Below are positions 59,190-64,000 of a stretch of DNA of 64,000 bases, in pieces. How positions within the stretch are numbered: position 1 is the stretch's first letter; the number at the start of each line of letters is the position of its first letter. The notes below the pieces were generated by a model. That model saw only the letters and a list, made by a program, of their open reading frames with translations, ran no database searches and was not told the DNA's origin. The DNA is from Promethearchaeia archaeon (GTDB lineage Archaea; Asgardarchaeota; Lokiarchaeia; Sigyniarchaeales; SOKP01). A program made the position numbers and the translations under genes. The stretch is taken from contig JAWOCD010000016.1 of NCBI GenBank assembly GCA_046483985.1, positions 1 to 64,000 on the forward strand, given 5' to 3'.

Positions 59190-59693
59190 TTATTCTCTAC
59201 TCCACGAATAAGATCTCCACAGACCAATTAAGAAGGAACAAGCGGAGGTCCTCTTTTTATATTTTTTATACTCATCCCCAAACTTCTCAACCAATTTCTC
59301 CTCTTCTATATATATAGTTAAGCCAAATGCTGCGATGGCTAACCCAGCAAAAACAATTATTTCCACGGACTGATTTGGGAAAATCATTGCAATAGCAATC
59401 CACATCCCACCCGTATATTGAGGATGCCGAATAATGCTAAATATTCCGCTATCAACTAATTTTTGCGTGTTTTCATAGAAATCCCCTTCTTTCACATTGC
59501 CCTCCTTTCGAAACTTAAAAAAGGGGATTATAATCATTATCATCCCTGGAATCCAAATGAACCAAAATAACATCTCCAGCCACGGAATTGGCAATGCAGA
59601 AGAAGGTGGCGAAGTAAACCATAACAATATCATCTCTACAACTAAGAAAATCCCCCACGAGTGAAGTACCAGCTGATTTTCTTTCCACGACAT
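59190..59693 (-). CDS. Isoprenylcysteine carboxyl methyltransferase/PEMT-family membrane protein
   Basis: LVDSGIFSIIRHPQY, EEEKLVEKFGDEYKKYK. Confidence 0.88.
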   Translation of the reverse strand: MSWKENQLVLHSWGIFLVVEMILLWFTSPPSSALPIPWLEMLFWFIWIPGMIMIIIPFFKFRKEGNVKEGDFYENTQKLVDSGIFSIIRHPQYTGGMWIAIAMIFPNQSVEIIVFAGLAIAAFGLTIYIEEEKLVEKFGDEYKKYKKRTSACSFLIGLWRSYSWSRE

Positions 59694-59990
59694 ATTTTAT
59701 CATTCAAAAAATTTTTTAATATTTTCTCTCTGGGAAGAGAATCTCATAATCAAATAAATTCGGAAATATTATGAAAGGTTTTATCATAATATAAGAGATT
59801 TATAAATTAAAGTTTTATAAATATCAAACTGTTATCATTATAATCTTTTGCTATAATAATTTATGTGGTAGAAAGGTCTCCCAAAAGAAGGTCAAAAGGA
59901 TTATGAACTCTAAACTCAGTATTGTGAAAACAGTCCTTGCGAACGGACTATGTATTGTAATATATGTTGTAATCATTTTACTTATAGCGA

Positions 59991-60020
59991 GAGAAGTTCC
60001 CGTCCTTTAGGGCGATGATG
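59991..60020 (+). mobile_element. Degenerate IS200/IS605 terminal hairpin
   Basis: GAGAAGTTCCCGTCCTTTAGGGCG resembles the 37077 copy. Confidence 0.5.
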
Positions 60021-60175
60021 TATTTTGATACAAAATCTTTGTAATTCTTCCTACCGAACCTATAGAATCTACTTCTATATAAACTTCGAGAACCAGCTTG
60101 ATTTCCTTAAATTAAAATAATATGAATCGTCTTTCATGTTTATAAAGAAATTAATATATCGGGAAGATTAAAAAT

Positions 60176-61102
60176 ATGTCAAAAAAGAAACTGGTACTTG
60201 TTGGTCCTCCAGAAACGGGGAAGACAACTATAAAAAAGGTTATCTTTAGCGGGGCGGATCCAATAAAATTGTTAGAAGAGCCTTTAATACCTACACGAGG
60301 TTTGGAACCGTCTCTTCATTCTTGGTTGGATCTGGAGTTGGGGGTTTTTGATTCTCCGGGCCAAGAAATTCGAAAACTGTTAGAAGATGAGAAAGTACAA
60401 TTAAAAACATTCGGAGATGCGAATGTGGTTATTTATCTTATAGATTTCAAAAGATGGCAGGATAAGGAAGCGGATTTTCTGCAACAAATAAAAATTATCA
60501 AACAAATACTAAAAAAAAATACTAAGAATGCAAATCTCGCGATATTCTTTCATAAGATTGATCAGCTTCCAGAAGATTCACGAGAGGATCAGATTGAATC
60601 CATTCGCGAGAAAATTTCAGAACAGTTTGAAATTCCCATTTATTTTACTTCAATTTACCCGAATTTAATTTATAATCTCTATTCTGCATTCTACGATGTT
60701 TTGGGAAACCTTTCTGAAGATACGGCCAACATTAAAGAGATTTTAGACAAGAAAATTACAGACAAGTCTCAAACGATGATATTTGTTACGAACGAGAAAG
60801 ACAATATTGTGGTTCAGACAACGAATCGTGATTTCGAATTTGGGTTGATTAATTATATTCATGAAATGATTGGACAATTAACAGGGACATTAAAGGAGAT
60901 GAAAGCCGATGATGAGATTGAACATTTTACCTTGCAAACGGCAAATGAATTTAATATCATCCTCAAAGATATATCTCATTCAAAGCATAATTTACAGAAT
61001 GTGGTCTGCATCTCGGGGGATATGAACGCAAATAAACTTATCTTTATGGTGGGAAAACTTTCTCGCGAGATTTACAATTATTACTACAAGAATAAAAAAT
61101 AA
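60176..61102 (+). CDS. Rag/Gtr1-like small GTPase with a C-terminal roadblock-like domain
   Basis: GPPETGKT, PTRG, DSPGQ, Rag-type HKID, TSIY; about 120-aa C-terminal domain. Confidence 0.87.
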   Translation: MSKKKLVLVGPPETGKTTIKKVIFSGADPIKLLEEPLIPTRGLEPSLHSWLDLELGVFDSPGQEIRKLLEDEKVQLKTFGDANVVIYLIDFKRWQDKEADFLQQIKIIKQILKKNTKNANLAIFFHKIDQLPEDSREDQIESIREKISEQFEIPIYFTSIYPNLIYNLYSAFYDVLGNLSEDTANIKEILDKKITDKSQTMIFVTNEKDNIVVQTTNRDFEFGLINYIHEMIGQLTGTLKEMKADDEIEHFTLQTANEFNIILKDISHSKHNLQNVVCISGDMNANKLIFMVGKLSREIYNYYYKNKK

Positions 61103-61230
61103 ACATAATTCATTTCTTTGCTTTGAAGCAAAAAATATTTAATGATTTATGAATTTAATAACTCATAAAATTAGTTGAAATGGGAATTTTTAAGTTCTAC
61201 CTACCGATCAATTTCCCATCGAAAATTGGT

Positions 61231-61337
61231 GCCTCAATAGCTCAGCTGGTAGAGTGTTGCCTTGGTAAGGCAAAGGTCGGGGGATCATAGCAATTCATGA
61301 AGCAATTCGCTTCAGTGGGATAAACCCCCTTGAGGCT
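61231..61337 (+). tRNA. tRNA-Thr(GGT) with a T-loop intron (about 61290-61323)
   Basis: Acceptor GCCTCAA/TTGAGGC, D arm GCTC/GAGT, anticodon stem TTGCC/GGCAA with GGT at 61264, T stem GGGGG/CCCCC split by a 34-nt insert. Confidence 0.9.
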
Positions 61338-61352
61338 CTATTCATATATCAT

Positions 61353-61519
61353 GCCGGCGTAGCTTAGCTGGTTATAGCGCCAGACTCATAATCCTTCTGA
61401 AAAAAGGGTCAGACAGGATGTAAACGGAAGTCGCTAAGGCTCCCAGATGGACTCTGGAGGTCAGGGGATCATAGGAAATGGAGCATTTCGCTCTCTCCGA
61501 TTAAACCCCCTCGCCGGCA
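61353..61519 (+). tRNA. Elongator tRNA-Met(CAT) with two introns (about 61392-61452 and 61473-61504)
   Basis: Acceptor GCCGGCG/CGCCGGC, anticodon stem CCAGA/TCTGG with CAT at 61387, T stem AGGGG/CCCCT; bulge-helix-bulge GATC-ATA / GATT-AAA. Confidence 0.9.
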
Positions 61520-61661
61520 CTTACTTCCAAAATAATTTCAATCAAGGAAAGTCTACCTCCTATTTTGAATATTAATATTCTACAATCACAAAATTCTCTC
61601 AAATTTTGAGAGAAATTAGAAATAATTACATATATTAGATAAGCAGTTTTAAATGTAAATT

Positions 61662-63227
61662 ATGAAAGATGATGAAAAACTAAGTTCTTTAGACATTGGG
61701 AAATTGGACAAAAATGCAGAGTGGTTGGGTATCCCTCCAACCCATTTAATGGAATGCGCGGGATATTCGTGTGCATCAGAGATCTATGACCGATATCAAC
61801 TGGAGAAAAATCCCAAGAAAAAGGTCTGCATTTTTTGTGGAACTGGCAATAACGGGGGCGATGGATTTGTTGTGGCGCGGCATCTTGCTGCATTAGGAGT
61901 ATCAGTTTCTCTTCTTCTTATTGGCAATCCCAAGAAAATTCGGTCGGATGAGGCTAATCTGAACTGGAATATTGTTTCTAATAATTTAACGGACTCTGTA
62001 TGCTCAGAAATTGCCAAAGATTCCACAGATGTGTTCGAATTTAGAAAGGAAATCGAAGATGATGGGAATTTTGATATAATTGTGGATTCTCTATTAGGGA
62101 CAGGGATAAGTGGGACTATTCGGGAACCAATTGCAACAGCAATTGAAGTTATTAATGCTTTAAAGGAGGAAGAAGGAGAAGATCTTAAGGTCGTGTCCGT
62201 TGATGTTCCTTCTGGCTTAGATCCGGATACGGGTCATGTGAATGATATGGCAATTAAAACTGATCTGGTGATTACTTTTCATAGAATGAAGCAAGGATTC
62301 GATCTTGACAATGAATATATCGGTGAAATTGCGGTAAAGAGCATCGGCATTCCACCCGAAGCCTCAAGATATGTGGGAAGCGGAGATGTCCTACCCACGC
62401 TTAATCAGCGTGCTCCCTCCAACCATAAAGGGCAATTTGGCAGACTACTTATTATTGGCGGTTCTAAAAACTATTCGGGAGCACCAGCTTACTCCTCACT
62501 TACGGGGATAAGTTATGGGATTGACTTAGTCATTACCTATACACCTCAAGTTGTTGCTGATGTGTTGAGAAGTTATTCTCCAAATTTAATCGTCCGTTCC
62601 AGTCCAGGAGATTGGCTGACCATGGATTCCTTTGATGAAATTGCTGAATTGGTGGAGTGGGCAAATAGCATAGTTATCGGTCCTGGTCTAGGTGAAGAAG
62701 AAAGTACAGAAAAATTATTGGTTTCTTTACTGAAAAAATTCCGGAACGAGAGAAAGTCTTATGTGCTTGATGCAGATGGGCTTAAATTAGTGAAAAATCA
62801 TATGGATTTAATTAAGGGAGAATCTGCGATCTTAACCCCGCATGAGAGGGAATTGAAAATTATGACTGGAGTCTCTCTTCCACCAGTAGATCAAAAAAAG
62901 GAAAGAGGAATAAAAGTTTTTGAACTTGCTCGAGAACTGAACGTAACATTATTAGTCAAAGGGCCTTATGATTATATTGCAAATCCAAAGCGGATGAAAT
63001 CTAACAAAACGGGATGTCCAGAGATGGCCATCGGGGGAACTGGAGACGTGTTGGCAGGATTATGTGCAAGTCTGATGGCTACTGGAAATGATCCTTTTGA
63101 GGCTGCTTGCTCAGCGGCGTTTATTAACGGAAAAGTGGGAGAATTTTGTAAGAAAATTTTCCATCAGCGCTTTACTGCAATGGATATGATCGAGAATCTC
63201 GGAGAAGTTCTCGGAGATCTACAATAG
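61662..63227 (+). CDS. nnr: Bifunctional NAD(P)H-hydrate epimerase/dehydratase
   Basis: LMECAG, GTGNNGGDG, VDVPSG, HKGQFG, IGPGLG, VLDADG, LTPHERE, GGTGDVLAG. Confidence 0.95.
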   Translation: MKDDEKLSSLDIGKLDKNAEWLGIPPTHLMECAGYSCASEIYDRYQLEKNPKKKVCIFCGTGNNGGDGFVVARHLAALGVSVSLLLIGNPKKIRSDEANLNWNIVSNNLTDSVCSEIAKDSTDVFEFRKEIEDDGNFDIIVDSLLGTGISGTIREPIATAIEVINALKEEEGEDLKVVSVDVPSGLDPDTGHVNDMAIKTDLVITFHRMKQGFDLDNEYIGEIAVKSIGIPPEASRYVGSGDVLPTLNQRAPSNHKGQFGRLLIIGGSKNYSGAPAYSSLTGISYGIDLVITYTPQVVADVLRSYSPNLIVRSSPGDWLTMDSFDEIAELVEWANSIVIGPGLGEEESTEKLLVSLLKKFRNERKSYVLDADGLKLVKNHMDLIKGESAILTPHERELKIMTGVSLPPVDQKKERGIKVFELARELNVTLLVKGPYDYIANPKRMKSNKTGCPEMAIGGTGDVLAGLCASLMATGNDPFEAACSAAFINGKVGEFCKKIFHQRFTAMDMIENLGEVLGDLQ

Positions 63228-63289
63228 GTTTCTTATCTTTATTTTTTTTCTGTATTCACGTTTAAAAAAAGGAGACCCAAAAAGAATAT

Positions 63290-63973
63290 TTAAATCTCTG
63301 AATATAAGTATCCAAGCATTCTTCCGAATGACTCAAATTCTTCTCTTTCTTTTATCTGGATGAGTTTTTCTTCTTTAAAATTAAATAGACTTGTTTGGAA
63401 TAGATGACACAGAGGAGATCTTAACATATCTCCTAAAAACTCGGCTAACTTCTTTTTATAGACTTCTAATCGTTTAAGACTTTCGCATAAGTCGCATTTG
63501 TGCAGAAAAATGTATAATTTTGGTTTAGTTGTATAGATGTGATCCAGTTGCTTTAGATACAGATTTTTAATCAAATCCTCCAAATACTCTAAGGATTGAA
63601 TAAATTTTTCTCTTGGAAGGGGATTAATTACATATAATAACTCATCAAAGCCCGAAAGTTTTTCTAGTTCATTTAACCATCGAATCCGAGATCTGAGCAC
63701 TCCACTATGATCCCATATATAATAGGTTTTATCATTGATTAAAATTGGAGTAATAGACCTTCCTTGGGTTGCCTTCAGATCTAATACGTTCTGGATAGTT
63801 CCACTTTTCATTGCCTTTACCATTCCCGTTTTTCCGGTATTTTGTAATCCCAAAACCAAAATTTTTCTTGTTTTCTGAATGGAAGTGACAATACAAAATT
63901 CCTTAGGATTTTTATTCTCTATGGTGCAATCCCAACATTTTTCCAAATTAAAATTATCTTTTTCCTTAATCAA
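63290..63973 (-). CDS. Divergent Arf/Rag-like small GTPase
   Basis: GLQNTGKT, ATQG, WDHSGV, HKCD, TSLF; close to the window edge, so the start is uncertain. Confidence 0.78.
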   Translation of the reverse strand: MIKEKDNFNLEKCWDCTIENKNPKEFCIVTSIQKTRKILVLGLQNTGKTGMVKAMKSGTIQNVLDLKATQGRSITPILINDKTYYIWDHSGVLRSRIRWLNELEKLSGFDELLYVINPLPREKFIQSLEYLEDLIKNLYLKQLDHIYTTKPKLYIFLHKCDLCESLKRLEVYKKKLAEFLGDMLRSPLCHLFQTSLFNFKEEKLIQIKEREEFESFGRMLGYLYSEI

Positions 63974-64000
63974 TTCAATTATAATTAGTTTTTATTACAT

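Noticed and set aside
59190-59693. ICMT-like gene as evidence of eukaryote-style prenylation of the nearby GTPases
   Set aside because: None of the three GTPases ends in a CaaX/CC motif, and this family is widespread in prokaryotes.
18842-60020. Recurring hairpin repeats as a CRISPR array
   Set aside because: The copies are dispersed, degenerate and tied to tnpB fragments; there is no regular repeat-spacer pattern and no cas gene.
343-62026. Numerous 60-134 aa ORFs antisense to or nested in long genes (for example 343..567, 19345..19677, 31631..31933, 57095..57499)
   Set aside because: They overlap well-supported genes and carry no motifs; treated as shadow ORFs.

Overview
AT-rich archaeal chromosomal segment, most likely from an Asgard archaeon of the Lokiarchaeia. 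This is inferred from TBP, Alba, intron-containing archaeal tRNAs, several roadblock/longin proteins, Rab-like and Rag-like small GTPases and RING-finger proteins. It carries housekeeping genes (hisB, tbp, alba, hypB, nnr), a SNF2/SWIM pair and two DNA methyltransferase genes. A ~15 kb cluster encodes the archaeal (modified) mevalonate/isoprenoid pathway, including an IPK-IDI2 fusion. There is also a GCS2-ligase/amidohydrolase/longin/roadblock block, two tRNA genes with non-canonical introns and many decayed IS200/IS605 (tnpB) right ends. The strongest hidden signal is missed by the ORF track: a peroxiredoxin-like (AhpC/TSA-fold) gene at 25270-25776. Both Cys positions of its CxxC motif are in-frame TGA codons (W-U-H-G-U), and a eukaryote-type AUGA/GA SECIS-like hairpin follows the stop codon. 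It is a candidate UxxU diselenide selenoprotein resembling SELENOL. Also hidden are a 39-aa zinc-ribbon microprotein and three genes that appear to start at ATT or CTG. All calls come from reading motifs by eye; no database searches were run.
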